In this document: piece after piece, positions 1-13,294 of the stretch
Layout: each line of letters starts with the position of its first letter
Numbering within the stretch: the first letter of the stretch is position 1
Origin: Mobula hypostoma
Taxonomy: Eukaryota
Reading direction: 5' to 3'
NCBI RefSeq assembly: GCF_963921235.1
Contig: NC_086097.1
Coordinates: 106,394,001-106,458,000, forward strand
Length of the DNA stretch: 64,000 nt
The notes under the pieces: generated by a model
Database searches by the model: none
What the model was told of the DNA's origin: nothing
What the model saw: only the letters and a program-made list of their open reading frames with translations
Translations under genes and position numbers: made by a program

Positions 1-669
1 CCACCAAAGTGGATAACCTCACATTTATCCACATTAAACTGCATCTGCCATGAATCTGCCCTCTCCCCAGCCTGTCCAAGTCACCCTGCATTCTCATAAC
101 ATCCTCCTCACATTTCACACTGCCACCCAGCTTTGGCAAATTTACTAATATTACTTTTAATTCCCTCATCTAAATCATTAATATATATTATAAAGAGCTG
201 CGATCCCAGCACTGAACCCTGCGGTACCCCACTGGTCACCGCCTGCCATTCCGAAAGGGACCCGTTAATCGCTACTCTTTGTTTTCTGTCGGCCAGCCAA
301 TTTTCAATCCATGTCAGTACTCTACTCCCAATACCATGTGCCCTAATTTTGCCCACTAATCTCCTATGTGGGACTTTATCAAAGGCTTTCTGAAAGTCCA
401 GGTACACTACATCCACTGGCTTTCCCTTGTCCATTTTCATAGTTACATCCTCAAAAAATTCCAGAAGATTAATCAAGCATGATTTCCCCTTCGTAAATTC
501 ATGCTGACTCGGACCAATCCTGTTACTGCTATCCAGATGTGTCGTAATTTCATCTTTTATAATTGACTCCAGCATCTTTCCCACCACCGACGTCAGGCTA
601 ACCGGTCTATAATTCCCAGTTTTCTCTCTTCCTCCCTTCTTGAAGAGAGGGACAACATTAGCCACCCTG
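1..669 (-). mobile_element. CR1 LINE fragment (ORF2 reverse transcriptase region), 5'-truncated, runs off the window
   Basis: ORF 108..746 contains NYRPVSLTS, YLDFQKAFDKVPH and GVPQGSVLG; closely similar to ORF2 at 35290-38289. Confidence 0.95.
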
Positions 670-1009
670 CCACAACCAGCATCAGAGCCATTAAATGTAA
701 CATCAGATACTGTAAAATAACCAGGTTTAATAAAGATGTTGAACAACTGACTTTATTTTATTTGAACTGTTGTCTTGCTCTTCTGTACATCTGACAAATG
801 CTTGTAGAGTAGTAAAAATGGTCTGGCCATTTTGGCCATTAATTTCCCCTTGCTATTCTGACTTATACACAAAAGGTATTTTTAACAATAAGTTTGAAGT
901 CATTGTATATTCCAATGCTGACCTAGCTGACCTCTAACACCGTGTCCGCTGTGTGGTCGACCTTTACAAAACCTCTGCTCTCTGTATTATATGTTGCATG
1001 GTGCCATCA

Positions 1010-1130
1010 TCAATTAGCACTTTACTCACAGGTTTGCACTCACTCTGGATAATCTGCAAAATTCTTATCTTTGTTTTCAAATCCCTCAATGGCCTTGCCC
1101 TATCTTGTCTCAGTAAACTCTTCAAAATGA
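1010..1130 (+). mobile_element. Ancient L2-type LINE ORF2 C-terminal remnant
   Basis: Translation LHSLWIICKILIFVFKSLNGLALSCLS resembles the L2 C-terminal motif LHWLP..RI.FKIL..VFK.L.GLAP.YL. Confidence 0.5.
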
Positions 1131-1380
1131 ACATTCTGATATTCTGCCATCTCATATTACCTTCTTACACAATGACACCTAATTTCTGTCTCAGGGGCCT
1201 TCCTGGGCCCTGACTGTGAGGCTGTCCTGGTGTTGACATCTTCCATAAGGATTTCTATGGCATTGTCTGTGCAATAGGCTGTCCACTTCCACGGCTGACC
1301 AGAAGATTATTGGTCAGCCTACAATGATGTCCAGCTGCAGCTAGAGGATGTTGCGCGGTTTCAATAATAAGCTTGTGTCC

Positions 1381-2141
1381 GGTTTAAGATGGTACTGCTG
1401 AAGCCCAGCAACTACTTATTGACGGCAAACAAAACAAAGAATACAACTAAATACTTCATTAATAACTTTCTGGTAAAAATTATGATAAACAACAACTGCA
1501 AATAATGGAGAGGCCAGCAAAGGCGAGGCTGAGTTGAGGGTTGAAGCGTGCAGGTACAGGGCGAAGTTGAGACATATTTGAGGCAATGTTGGGCAAGTGA
1601 AATGAGGTGAGGCCAGTCCATCTAAACCAAGAGCGAGATTTGATCAGTTCAAGTGTCAGGCCAATTTGGAAAGGTTGGGTACAGGCCGAAACATGGCGAT
1701 GTGGTCCAGATCCAGAGTATATCGATGTGAAAGGATCTGGAGTTTCTAGAATGAGGAATGACCTGGTGTTTGGACAATTTAAACGATGGGTCAGATGGAT
1801 CGAAAAAGGGTGTTGTTGGGACCAGAGGCAAGGGTTGGGCCGGTTCTGCTCACTGCTCCATGACGTTTACTTGGCTCTGCACTGAACTGAAGCTGAGGCT
1901 GTGGCCTGCTCCGGCTGCCCCAGGCTTCGTGTCTGTGGACTCACTTTTGTTCCGAATGCTACTTGCTTACTTTTATTATTTGCAAGACTTGTTATTTTTT
2001 CTCTCTGCACTCGGGGTGTTTTAAGGCATTTTTTTATGAATTCTTTGGGTTTCTTGTTTTCTGGCTGCCTGTAAGGAAACGAATCTCAAGTTTGTATAAT
2101 GTATACATACTTTGATAATAAATGTACTTTGAAATTTGAAA
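1381..2141 (+). mobile_element. Non-coding, non-autonomous retroposon with a Rex1-like 3' tail
   Basis: Ends ctgcctgtaagg..gaatctcaag..tgtata..tactttgataataaatgtactttgaa, as do the copies at 18110, 55085 and 58340; body similar to 55085-55603; 5' boundary approximate. Confidence 0.7.
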
Positions 2142-3033
2142 CAATAACCCATTATTATTATGCAATAATTGTGCTACTACCATTGCATGAGTTGCACATA
2201 TAAATTAATGTATAGGTGGGAGCAGAACAAACTGACAAGGAATCATTGCTTGTTGCCATTTGGTGTGCCTTCTGCAGTGTGAATATATTTCTAGGCCAAG
2301 TTTGAGACTTTCACTTCAATTTGCTGATGGGAATGATTACACATGTAAAATCTTATCACAAGATGAAAATTGGTTACATTTGTGTACGTTAGATGGCATT
2401 ATAATGTACACGTTAGGGCGTATTCTTGAGTTACACGAATATAACAGATATTAAATCAGGTAAGAACCAGTTTTCAGTTCAAAAAAGTAGATTATAAAGT
2501 GTAAGCTGTAAATTGAAGTTAAAAGCATACCCTTGCAAATAAACAATACTGTCTGTGTAGCACAGACTAGGAGATACTGTATGGAAAATGGTGACCATGA
2601 GATACTTGCATATGCATGAGCAAAATGTTAAGACAACAGGACTGTGTTAATTGGCTCACATCAATCCAGGGTTTGGGCAATGAGTTTAAATAATTTGCAC
2701 CATTGCAAACAAGTTCACAGAAGCTTGCAGATCGGACTGATACTATCGCTTAGCTCTATGAATGGTTTGGGTGCCTGGCTCTCTGTCGTCCAGAGGTTTT
2801 TAGAACATTTCTTTTAATTAGTTTCTCCCAGCAAAGGCTTTTGAACCTTTGGAGGTATGTTATCAATTACAATGTGCTTCCATTGTAAATATTTAGCTCA
2901 GAAGAACCATTTGTCAACCCAAAGTATTGAAGTAAACAATGTCATTGCAACTGTTGAAATTGTCTTGCATCACCTGCTGTTACCTTTGATCTCCATTAGT
3001 TCATTACCCACTGCGTTGTATGACAGGCAATCA

Positions 3034-3285
3034 TTGCCTTTCACCATGATTGTTCTTGGCAATTTTTTCTACAGAAGTCATTTGCCATTGCCTTCTTCTG
3101 GACAGTGTCTTTACAAAACAGGTGATCCCAGTCATAAGCAATACTCCAGAGATTATCTTCCTGGCATTAGTGGCTGAATAACCAGGACTTATGATATGCA
3201 CCAGCTGCTCACATGACCATCCACCACCTGCTCCCATGGCTTCATATGACCCTGATTGGGGTACCAAACACCTCCTTTGGCAGAG
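3034..3285 (-). mobile_element. SINE or RTE-type 3' tail remnant
   Basis: Minus strand reads agaagaaggcaatggcaaa...tgtagaaaaaattgcc...catgg, the same tail as 49685-49790. Confidence 0.45.
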
Positions 3286-3759
3286 ACTTGATCTTAAGGG
3301 TATAAAAACGTGATGTACTTTGAGTTTGTGAGCCTCCACTTCCCGTGTCTCCATAAGAATCTCTGTTTCTAATGATGAATAAATAGTTTCATATCTCAAC
3401 TCAAATGTCTCTCCAGTGACTTCAATCACAGTCACAACACACATAAAGATAATAGATAATGATAAAAAATGATTAATTTTTTTGCGATCCTTCTCTCCTT
3501 CCCCATCTCTAGCTAAGGTGCAATTCAGAAATATACTTTGTATATAGGCTACCACTTGGGAGAAGTCAAACACATCCTCTGACTCCAGTCAGCTGTTGCA
3601 CAATCCCACGAGAGATGTAGGATTATGACTATAGCAATCCATTAACCCCATCCTGACTCAGATCTCAAAAATATGAAAAAACATTGGTAGGTCAATTGTA
3701 GGACTGCTGGGTGCAATAGAGACAGGACCCAGATGCAGTACCAGAGAAGGTTTACTCAC

Positions 3760-3843
3760 CTCACACATCAGTGACAATACCAAGCAGTGCACAACTACAC
3801 ACACATTGTCATACATCTTCCACTTCACTGCACAAGCCATATG
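3760..3843 (-). other. Candidate 84-nt exon of an unidentified host transcript
   Basis: Acceptor ccttcttttttcttttcatttactgtgcag| and donor GAG|gtgagt in non-repeat DNA; open only in frame 0 (HMACAVKWKMYDNVCVVVHCLVLSLMCE). Confidence 0.55.
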
Positions 3844-4344
3844 CTGCACAGTAAATGAAAAGAAAAAAGAAGGCAAGATTTAGAAATAATTAAAACACAG
3901 AGTGATGGCAACACACAAGCAGATTAGGCAGCACCTGTGGAGACTGAAACAGATTTCACGTTTCAAGACAATTTCTGACATTTTAGGTTTTAATTTTCTA
4001 TCGTACACACTGTGAGTTACATGCAGACACAGCATACAGACAAATTTCACACCCAACACGATTCCCTAACTATTGTACACAACAGTGGCAGCAATGTTCT
4101 GGCAATGTTCCGAAGGCACATTGCCTTGAGAGCAGAATGCTGGCAATCACTGGACCATGGGTACTGAAGGAGTAGAGATCACATATCTAATCATCCTCAC
4201 ATTCAACAACTTGGCCCAGAATATATTTTTGTTCTACAATTTTTAGATGGCTCTTAAGACTCAATTTCTTTTTACATCCACCCCTCCGCCATTTCACAAT
4301 ATTCTTAACTGAAACATCAAAATATACAGTGAAGTGGGTCACTT

Positions 4345-4589
4345 GCGTCAAATCAAATCAGCAAGGACTGTGCTAGCCTGCTCGTGAGTGTTGCTATGCT
4401 TCCAGTGCAAGCCCATAACTCAATACCCCTAACCCTATGTCTTTGGAATGTGGGAGGAAACCAGAGTACCTGGCAAAAAGCCATGTGGTCACCAGGAGAA
4501 TGTACAAATTCCTTACAGGAACTTAAACCCAATTGCTGATTGCAGGCATTGTAAAGCAGTGTACTAATTGCCACGCTACTGTGCCGCCC
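4345..4589 (-). mobile_element. tRNA-derived V-SINE/HE1-like SINE
   Basis: Minus strand begins gggcggcacagtagcgtggc and carries the V-domain-like ttctcctggtgaccacatgg...ggtttcctcccacattccaaagac. Confidence 0.8.
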
Positions 4590-4832
4590 TGAAGAAGAAA
4601 TTCTGAGGTACCTGAAGTATTGCTTGAAGAAATTTCTGCCTAACTATATCAGCACATCACCTACAGCACCAGAGTATCCAACACACTTGACCACTGCTGC
4701 ACTACCATGGAGAATGCCTACTGTTCCACTCCTCAACCATATTCCAGGAAATTTGATCATCTGGTTGACCTCCTCCAGCCTGCATATAGGCAGAGACTAA
4801 AGAGCAAGGGTTAGAGGTAAAGGCAACAAAGA

Positions 4833-5042
4833 CAAACAAGAGAGCATCTGCAGATGCTGGAAATCCAAGCAACAAACACAAAATACTGGAGGAACTCAGC
4901 TGGCCAGGCAGCATCTATGCAAAAGAGTACAGTCAACCTTTCGAGGTGAGACCCTTCATCTGTGCCCCAAATGTTGACTGTACTCTTTTCCATAGATGCT
5001 GCCTGGCCTGCTGAGTTCCTCCAGCATTTTGTGTTTGTTGCT
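4833..5042. mobile_element. Penelope-derived inverted-repeat (hairpin) insertion
   Basis: Long inverted arms (caaaatactggaggaactcagc / gctgagttcctccagcattttg); flanked by 13-bp TSD aaggcaacaaaga/aagacaacaaaga; arm matches termini of 59074-60193. Confidence 0.8.
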
Positions 5043-5463
5043 AAGACAACAAAGAGGTAGTCACAGGAGGTTGAGGAGTGGCTATAGGACTGTTTTGACT
5101 CTTTGGATTTGGCCATGTTCAAAGATTCATCAGAGGACCAGAATAAATATACCATGGTTGTCATGGATTTATAAAGACATTCATGGTCTCCACAAAAATC
5201 ATTCAGAGTCTTCACCAACAAGAAGACCTGGATGAATAAAGAAATTCACCATCAGATGAGGGCTACATTGGTAGTGTACTTTCCCAGCATGGTGGTAATC
5301 TGGGGAAGTACAAGAGGTCCAGGGGTGATTTCACGAAAGCCACCTCACATGCGAAGTGGTAATTCCAGACCAAACCTGAGTCACAGGTGGGGTTCTCAAC
5401 AGCTGTGGCAGGGCTTGAATGCCTAAACGTTCTTCAAAGCAAAACCAAGTAGCATAATTGGCA

Positions 5464-5614
5464 CACAAACACGAGGAAATCTGCAGATGCTGGAAATTCA
5501 AGCAACACACACAAAATGCTGGTGGAACACAGCAGGCCATGCAGCATCTATTGAAGAAGTACAGTTGACGTTTCGGGTCTCGGCCTGCTGTGTTCCACCA
5601 GCATTTTGTGTGTG
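5464..5614. mobile_element. Penelope-derived hairpin insertion
   Basis: Inverted arms caaaatgctggtggaacacagcaggcc / ggcctgctgtgttccaccagcattttg; 14-bp TSD tagcataattggca/tagcataactggca. Confidence 0.8.
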
Positions 5615-6013
5615 TAGCATAACTGGCAACAAGGTTTTGCTCCCTGATGAGCTCAATGCCTTTAATACTCACTTTGACCAACAAAACTTGGAGACACCTG
5701 TACAAACCCCCACAGTCCCCAATGACCTTGTGATCTCATCTCTGAGGCTGATATGAGAGCATCCTTCAGGAGGGTGAATCCCCAGAAAGCATCACCCATA
5801 GAGAATACTGAAGAACTTTGCTAATCAACTGGTTGATGTGCTAACGATCATCTTCAACCTCTCACTTCAGCAGTCTGAGGTAAATACTTACTTCAAGCAG
5901 GCATCAATCATGGTAAACATAGTAACCTGCCTCAATGTCTATCACCCAGAAGCAGTGACATCCATTGTGATGAAGTCCTTTGAAAGGTTGGTCATGAAGT
6001 ATATCAACTCCTG

Positions 6014-6497
6014 GGGTGTGTCATGGGAGAAGCAGAGAGCCGGCTGCTGGCTGTGTGCCCAGAGACCTGAGTTCTTTGGGCACAGAGCTCAGAAAAAGCA
6101 ACACAACAGACTTTTAACACCATAAATCAGTGAGTTGTTTTGTTATGTCCGCCCCTTTGCTGGGAAACGGAGACACCTCTTTCTCCCTTATTAGGGAGAC
6201 AGAGAGCCCGTGGTATGTCAAATAGACCTTGGGGTACTGCAAGTCTGTGTCTTTACTGATGCTTTGCTGCACACCTGAGTGCATGGTGAGGGATGCCGAT
6301 GCTTTTAGCTGGTGGGAGGGGGGGTCATTGCTTTGCTGCTGCTTGTGCGTGGAAGGGGGGTTAGGGGGGCTGTGGAGTTCTAACATTTAACTGTTGTTCA
6401 TTCTTTGGGGGCACTTCTCTGTTTTCATGGATGTTTGCAAAGAAAAAGAATTTCAGGATTCTTGTATACACTTCTTTGACATTAAATGTACTTATTG
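6014..6497 (+). mobile_element. 5'-truncated non-autonomous retroposon (same family as 52430-53230)
   Basis: Near-colinear with 52725-53220; 8-bp TSD aactcctg (6006-6013, 6498-6505) inside the Rex1-like host. Confidence 0.85.
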
Positions 6498-7621
6498 AAC
6501 TCCTGCCTGAGGAGTAACCTGGATCTGCTCCAATGTACCTACCACCACAGCCGGTCAAGAGAAAATGTCATTTCAATGGCTCTTCAGTAACATCTGGACA
6601 ATGAAGGTGCATATGTTAGGATGTTCTTTATTGATTACAACTCAGCATTCAATACCATCACCCCCCCAAATCGCATCACCAAGCTTCACCCTAGGCCACA
6701 GTACCTCAATGTGCAAATGGATTCTCAATTTACTCACTGGCAGACTCAAGTACTCAGAAGAGCATCTGAGAAAGCACAACACGTCAAACCTTTAAGTGGA
6801 TGGACTCCAGCAGCAGAAGTCCATGAACATACACTCAGTGGCTACTTTATTAGGTACGAGAGGTATCTAATGACATCTCCTCTACTCACCATCAGAATAA
6901 ATGCACCAAAGGGCTACGTGCTTAGCCTCCTGTTCTTCTCATTTTATGCTTATGATTGTGTGGCTAAGCACAACTCCAATGCTGTATTTAAGTTTGCTGA
7001 AGACATCACTGAGTTGGCCAAATCAAAGGTGGAGCTGAATTTGCATTTAGGAGGGAGACTAAACATCTGGTTGAATAGTGTCACAAAAATAACCTTTATA
7101 CAACATCAGCAAAAGCAAAGAGCTGATTACCTGCTACAGGAGGAAGAAGCTGGAGGTGCATGACCCAGTCCTCATTAGGAGAATGCAGAGGATATAGTAG
7201 CTTTAATTCCTTGACATTAATATATCAGAGGATCTGTCCTTTGAGCAGCACATCAGTGTCATCACAAAGAAGACATGACATCATCTCTACTTTCTTAGAA
7301 GTTTGGCATCAAGGACAGTGGCTTCATCATGCCCAGGAATGGAAAAATCTACAGAGAGTTCTGGATTCAACCCAGTCCATTACAGGCAAAACCCTCCCTA
7401 CCATTGAGTACTTTTACATGGAGCCATGCCACACGAGAGCAGCATCCATCATCGAAGACCTCCACCATCTTTTTCTCACTACCACCAATGGGTAAGAGGT
7501 ACAGGGACCTTAGGTCCCTCACCAACGATTTTCCCACATCTATCCAGCTCTTGAACCAGTGTGGTAACTTTATTCACCACTGCTCTGAACTGATTCAACT
7601 ACCTACAGACTTACTCTCAAG

Positions 7622-9628
7622 TAGTGGTGCCGCCAACATCGCGGCCACTCTCCCAGATGAGCTCAGTCGCTTTTACGCTCAGTTCAATGTCGCTAACTCT
7701 GAGCCTCCGAGGAAAGCCACCGCTACAACCTGCAACCTGGTCATCTCAGAGGCTAAGGTACGCAGATGTTTCCAATGAGTGGACAGTCGCAAGGCTGCGG
7801 GACCGGAATGCATCCCAGGGCGAGTACTCAGGATGTGCGTACTCAGAATGCTTTGAGAGGCTGGTCAAGGATTATATCTGCAGCTTGCTGCCACCCAAAC
7901 TGGACCCCCGACAAGTCGCCTACCAACACAACCAATCAACAGATGATGCAATAGCCATTGCTCTACATACCGTCCTTACACATCTGGAGAAGAAGGATGC
8001 TTATATGAGAATGCTGCTCTTGGACTACAGTTCAGTGTTCAACACCATAGTTCCATCCAGGCTCAACAGGAAGCTCAGAGACCTCGGCCTTGACCCTGCC
8101 TTGTGCAACTGGATACTGGTCTTCCTGTCAGATCGCCAGAAGATGGTAAGAGTGGGCTCCCTCACCTCCACCCATCTGTCACTCAACACAGGAGCCCCTC
8201 AGGGCTGTGTACTAAGTCCCTTCCTTTACTCCCAGTATACCCATGACTGTGTCCCCACCCACAGCTCTAATCCGCTAATTAAATTTGCCGACGACACTAC
8301 ATCGATTGGCCTAATCTCAAATAATAACGAGGTGGCCTACTGGGAAGAAGTCATCTCTCTGACACAGTGGTGTCAAGAAAACAACTTCTCCCTCAATGTC
8401 ACAAAAACAAAGGAGCTGGTTGTGGATTACAGGAGGAATGGAGACAGGCTAACCCCTATTGACATCAATGGATCTGGGGTTGAGAGGGTAAACAGCTTTA
8501 AGTTCCTCAGCATCCACATCACCGAGGACTTCACGTGATCTGTACACACCAGCTGTGTGGTGTAAAAGGCATAACAGCGCCTGTTTCACCTCAGACAGTT
8601 GAGGAAGTTTGGTATGGGCCCCCTAATCCAGAGAATTTTTACAGGAGCACAAATGAGAGCATCCTGACTGGCTGCATCACTGCCTGGTATGGGAACTGTA
8701 CCTCCCTTAATCACAGGACTCTGCAGAGGGTGGCGCAGACAGCCCAGCACATCTGTAGTTGTGAACTTCCCATGATTCAGGACATTTATAAAGAAAGGTG
8801 TGAGAAAAGGACCTGAAGGATCATTGGGAACCTGAGACACCCCAACCACAATCTATTCCAGCTGGTACCATCCAGGAAACGGTACCGCAGCATAAAAGCC
8901 AAGACCAACAGGCTCCGGGACAGCTTCTTCCACCAGGCCATCAGACTGATTAACTCATGCTGATTTGAGTGTATTTCTATGTTACATTGATTGTTCTATT
9001 TATTATAAATTACTATGAATTACTATTATTGCACAATGCACATTTAGATGGAGATGTAACATAAAGATTTTTACTCCTCATGTATGTACATAGAACATAG
9101 AATAGTACAGCACAGTACAGGCCCTTCGGCCCACAATGTTGTGCCGACCCTCAATCCCTGCCTCCCATATAAGCCCCCACCTTAAATTCCTCCATATACC
9201 TGTCTAGTAGTCTCTTAAACTTCACTAGTGTATCTGCCTCCACCACTGACTCAGGTAGTGCATTCCATGCACCAACCACTCTCTGAGTAAAAAACCTTCC
9301 TCTAATATCCCCCTTGAACTTCCCACCCTTTACCTTAAAGCCATGTCCTCTTGTATTGAGCAGTGGTGCCCTGGGGAAGAGGCGCTGGCTATCCACTCTA
9401 TCTATTCCTCTTATTATCTTGTACACCTCTATCATGTCTCCTCTCATCCTCCTTCTCTCCAAAGAGTAAAGCCCTAGCTCCTTTAATCTCTGATCATAAT
9501 GCATATTCTCTAAACCAGGCAGCATTCTGGTAAATCTCCTCTGTATCCTTTCCAATGCTTCCCCAGCCTTCCTATATGTGAAGAATGTAAGAAATAAAGT
9601 GAATTCAATTCAAGTCAATTCAATTCAA
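7622..9628 (+). mobile_element. Rex1-type LINE, 5'-truncated, with (TTCAA)n tail
   Basis: ORF 7624..8538 has LDYSSVFNTI, GAPQGCVLSP and KFADDT; 3'UTR ends aataaa..ttcaattcaagtcaattcaattcaa. Confidence 0.9.
9088..9573 (-). mobile_element. CR1 LINE 3' fragment nested in the Rex1 3'UTR
   Basis: ORF 9151..9555 (ERIQRRFTRMLPG, LERRRMRGD, FFTQRVV); microsatellite tail (ttctatg). Confidence 0.92.
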
Positions 9629-9906
9629 TGATGCTTAGTATTATTTTATTTGCAGTTTTTCTTCTTTTCTACATTGGTTGTTTGTAGGTTTTTGCCTGTT
9701 CATGTATATTTTTTCATAAAATTTTATTGTATTTCTTTTTTCTAAATGAATCTCAAAGTAGTAATTTTTACTATTTTTAATATCTAATATTTGTAATCCA
9801 GGGAGTGGGAAGCGCAGAATCAAACATCGCTGTGATGATTGTATGTTCTAGTATCAATTGTTTGGCGACAATAAAGTATAAAGTGTAAGTAGTATATGGT
9901 TACATA

Positions 9907-10298
9907 CACATAGTGGCCACTTTATTAGGTACACCTGTGCACCTGCTCATCAATGCAAATTTCTAATCATTCAATTATGTGGCAGCAACTCACTGCATAA
10001 AAACATGCGGAATAGGTCAAGAGGTTCAGTTATTGTTCAGAGCAAACATCAGGGAAGATATGTGATCTAAGTGACTTTGACAGTGGGATGGTCTGAGTAC
10101 CTCGTGGGATTTTTATGCACAAAAGTGTCTAGAGTTTATAGAGAATGGAGTGAAAAACAAAGAAAACATCCAGTGAGCAACAGTTCTATGATCAGAGGAG
10201 AATGGGCAGACTGGGTCAAGCTGATAGGAAGGTGACAGTAACTGAAATAACTGTGTTTTACAGCAGCAGGAAGTACCTAATAAAGTGCCCACTTAGTG
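9907..10298. mobile_element. Tc1/mariner non-autonomous element (MITE)
   Basis: TIRs cacatagtggccactttattaggtac / gtacctaataaagtgcccacttagtg flanked by TA on both sides. Confidence 0.85.
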
Positions 10299-10493
10299 TA
10301 TGTAAGACAGCAAGGAACTTCCACTTGTAAGAGAATGTTGTTCCTTCACAAGTTCTTTGACACATTTTTGACAGTTACTTGTAAGAGTGACAGTCAACAG
10401 TGCAGTGCTACACCTATTCTCTGAGTTTTCTTTTGAATATGATCTGGAACATGCTGTGCATTGCCTTGCAATTTGCTACCATTTCTATCTTAC

Positions 10494-10540
10494 CTGCAGT
10501 TAATTACACTCTTCCTGGGCCGTGGAATTGCTGTGAACAC
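10494..10540 (-). other. Candidate 47-nt exon of an unidentified host transcript
   Basis: Acceptor ttattgtatttattctgtag| and donor CAG|gtaaga; frame 0 reads VFTAIPRPRKSVINC. Confidence 0.5.
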
Positions 10541-10904
10541 CTACAGAATAAATACAATAAACTCATATAGGATTACTCATGTAACCATTTAAAATCCTTC
10601 TACTACTCCTGATGCATTCGGTTACCTCATTGCACTTCGCAGTGTGCGTTCTGAAGCAATTTCAATGAACTTGCACAACATAAGATGCTGAGGCAGCTGC
10701 TCATACTAATAAGGAATATAGTGGTTGTAGAATGGAAGAAAAATATAGTCATGACTTCTGTGTCTGCTAGAAAATATCAATGTCTTGGCTGCATTTCTCC
10801 CTTCAAGTAGAGAGCTGCTGATATACCCTATCAAGATTTGAATAAAGGTTTGGGGAAAGTATCAGAGACTAGCTAGTGCCTCTCGCAATAGCTTGCCTAT
10901 AATT

Positions 10905-11172
10905 TGTATTTATTTAATGATACAGCACAGAGTAGGCCCTTCTGTCCCTTTGAGACACACTTCCCCAGCAATCCTGACAAACCTGATTAACTCTAACCGA
11001 TTCACAGGACAATTTACAATGACCAATTATCCCACCCAGTACTTCTTTGGACAGTGGGAGGAAACTGGAGGACCTGGAGAAAACCCACACATTCCATGAA
11101 CATCACTGTAACTGAACTTTGAACTCAGGAACTGTAACAAGTCGTGCTAACCACTGCGTTACCATGGCATCC
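10905..11172 (-). mobile_element. V-SINE/HE1-like SINE
   Basis: Minus-strand head gatgccatggtaacgcagtggttagcacg; V-domain gtgggttttctccaggtcctccagtttcctcccactgtccaaaga. Confidence 0.75.
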
Positions 11173-11671
11173 AAGGTACTTAAGGAGAAAAAAGAAAAAA
11201 AACAAGAGGTTACTAATTTATCCACAGGTGTTCAGACAGCCACAGGACTGTGGTTTCTGTAATGAACGGCTGTTCTCTTGAAATTATTCAGTTTTGCAGT
11301 GTGTATTTCAGCACCTGAGCTATTGCCAGAAAATGGCTACATCATAAACATGTTATGAGACGCTTTTAACAGTGCTGAATATTTTTGCCAGAGTACTTAA
11401 TATTTAATATAAAGCTAATGTGGACATATTTCATTATATCTTGAAAGACTCACTGATTTGATTTGACACAAACTATGTAATTCACTCTACGTTTCAGTGT
11501 ACATGTGACAAATAAATGTCAAATATATGTGACTAATCTTTAATCTCTACTGGTTTGTTTTCAAAAAATATAATTTAACTATAATGTATTATTTTGAATT
11601 CTATAGATTGTAATGTCACATGTTTCCTTTATAAAAAGGTATAATGTAAACTTATTATCAAAGTACATATG

Positions 11672-12143
11672 GACTCAGTGGTCACTTTATTAGGTACCTC
11701 CTGTGGTTCCTCAGTGTATGTTTGTGCTCTTCTGCGGCTGGAGCCCATCCACTTAAAGGTTCGACATATTGTGATTTCTCAGATGCTCTTCTGTACACCA
11801 CTGTTGTTTACTTGAGTTATTTTTGGCCTTCCCGTCAGCTTGAATCAGTCTGGCCATTCTCCTCTGATGTCTCTCATTAACAAGGTTTTTTCACCCATAG
11901 AACAGCTGCTCACTGGATTTTGTTTTTTTTTATTTTTCACACCCTGCTCTGAAAGCTGTAGATCTGTGTGAAAATCCCAGGGGACTTCTTCCCCATTCTC
12001 ATGTTTGGTCTGAACAACAACTGAACCTCTTGACCATGTCTGCATGCTTTTATGCATTGAGTTGCTGACACATGATTGGCTGATTAGATATTTGCCTCAA
12101 TGAGCAGGTGTACAAGTGTATCTAATAAAGTGGCTACTGATTG
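11672..12143. mobile_element. Tc1/mariner MITE, same family as 9907-10298, opposite orientation
   Basis: TIRs actcagtggtcactttattaggtac / gtatctaataaagtggctactgattg; internal sequence is the reverse complement of 9907-10298. Confidence 0.8.
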
Positions 12144-13294
12144 TACAGTGCACAGATACAGAATTTGTCTTTGCTTTATTTGTCATTGAAGGCATTTATC
12201 ATTTTGTATGATTCTTTAGGATCTATTTCCCTATCTGTCTGCAAATATTCTTAAAGAGCACAGCCTAACTTTCTACATTGCTGCAAACCACCTCTTATTC
12301 TGCTTAATGAAAGATAATTTATTAATCTTTTTTTTAATTTTAATTATTAGAGGGAAGCATAATTATGTTCTAGCTTTGTGCTGGCTTGTATATTCCTTTA
12401 GGGTACAATTTTGTTTTAATACTGTAATAATATGATTGTCTGCAGTGATACTCCATTGTGACAGACATTGACAGTCAAGCATACTCAATATTCTTCTGTA
12501 GTTCTTGTGTCAGATTATAAACTCCAGTCCCTCCTATTCCCTGCAGATGTTTAAAAAAATAAAACATTTGACTCGCATGAAATGTTAACTTTATCAACGT
12601 TTATTAATTTCACACTTTGCCTAGGCCAAATGCTCAGACAATACTGTCATTGCTGCTGCAGCCTGCAGCCGTTTGGCAGTACTGTAAGTCACCCTCAGCA
12701 GTTTTTGCTCAGCAGAATGTGTACTGTACAAGTGGAGAGTGAAAGAATTAACTCAAAAACTAAAATAAAAAAAATCACCTTTCAAGATGTTGTCAATATC
12801 TTTCAAGATGTTCCTCTAGTGGGAGATTTTGGATCAGAGAGCACAGTCTCAGAATAGAAGATGAGGAGGAATTTCTTTAGCCAGAGGGTGGTAAAATCTA
12901 AGGAATTCATTGCCACAGAGAGCTGTGCAGGCCAACGCATTTCTCTCCAGTGCCTTGATATGCCTGTTATGGGGAGTTCAGGCCTCAGCAGGGATTACTG
13001 CTACTTGCATAATTAGATGGACCTGCTTATATCAACGGCATTAACGAATTAGTTCTATTTCTTACTGCAGCAAACACTACATTCAACCTAGATGAAAGGA
13101 CCAAAACTGGCTAGGAGTATTGTTACAAATCAGGTGACTGAGTGGCATTAGCACCATAGTGGGGGCATATTTAGTCCCCTAAATGTTTTTGTGCATCTGA
13201 GTCTTCATCATCTTTGCAACTAGTAGGTGAGGGATACCTTTAGCTTTTGGGACAGAAATCTGGATCAGCTGAGTATAAGAAGATAAAATAATGC

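Larger units (their letters stand above)
4630..7620 (+). mobile_element. Degraded Rex1/L2-clade LINE interrupted by several nested insertions
   Basis: Fragmented ORFs (LTIIFNLSLQQSEV, FIDYNSAFNTI, FKFAEDIT, RAASIIEDLHH) in colinear RT order. Confidence 0.85.

Noticed and set aside
3031..3573. 180-aa minus-strand ORF
   Set aside because: GTG start, crosses a repeat boundary, no protein-like features
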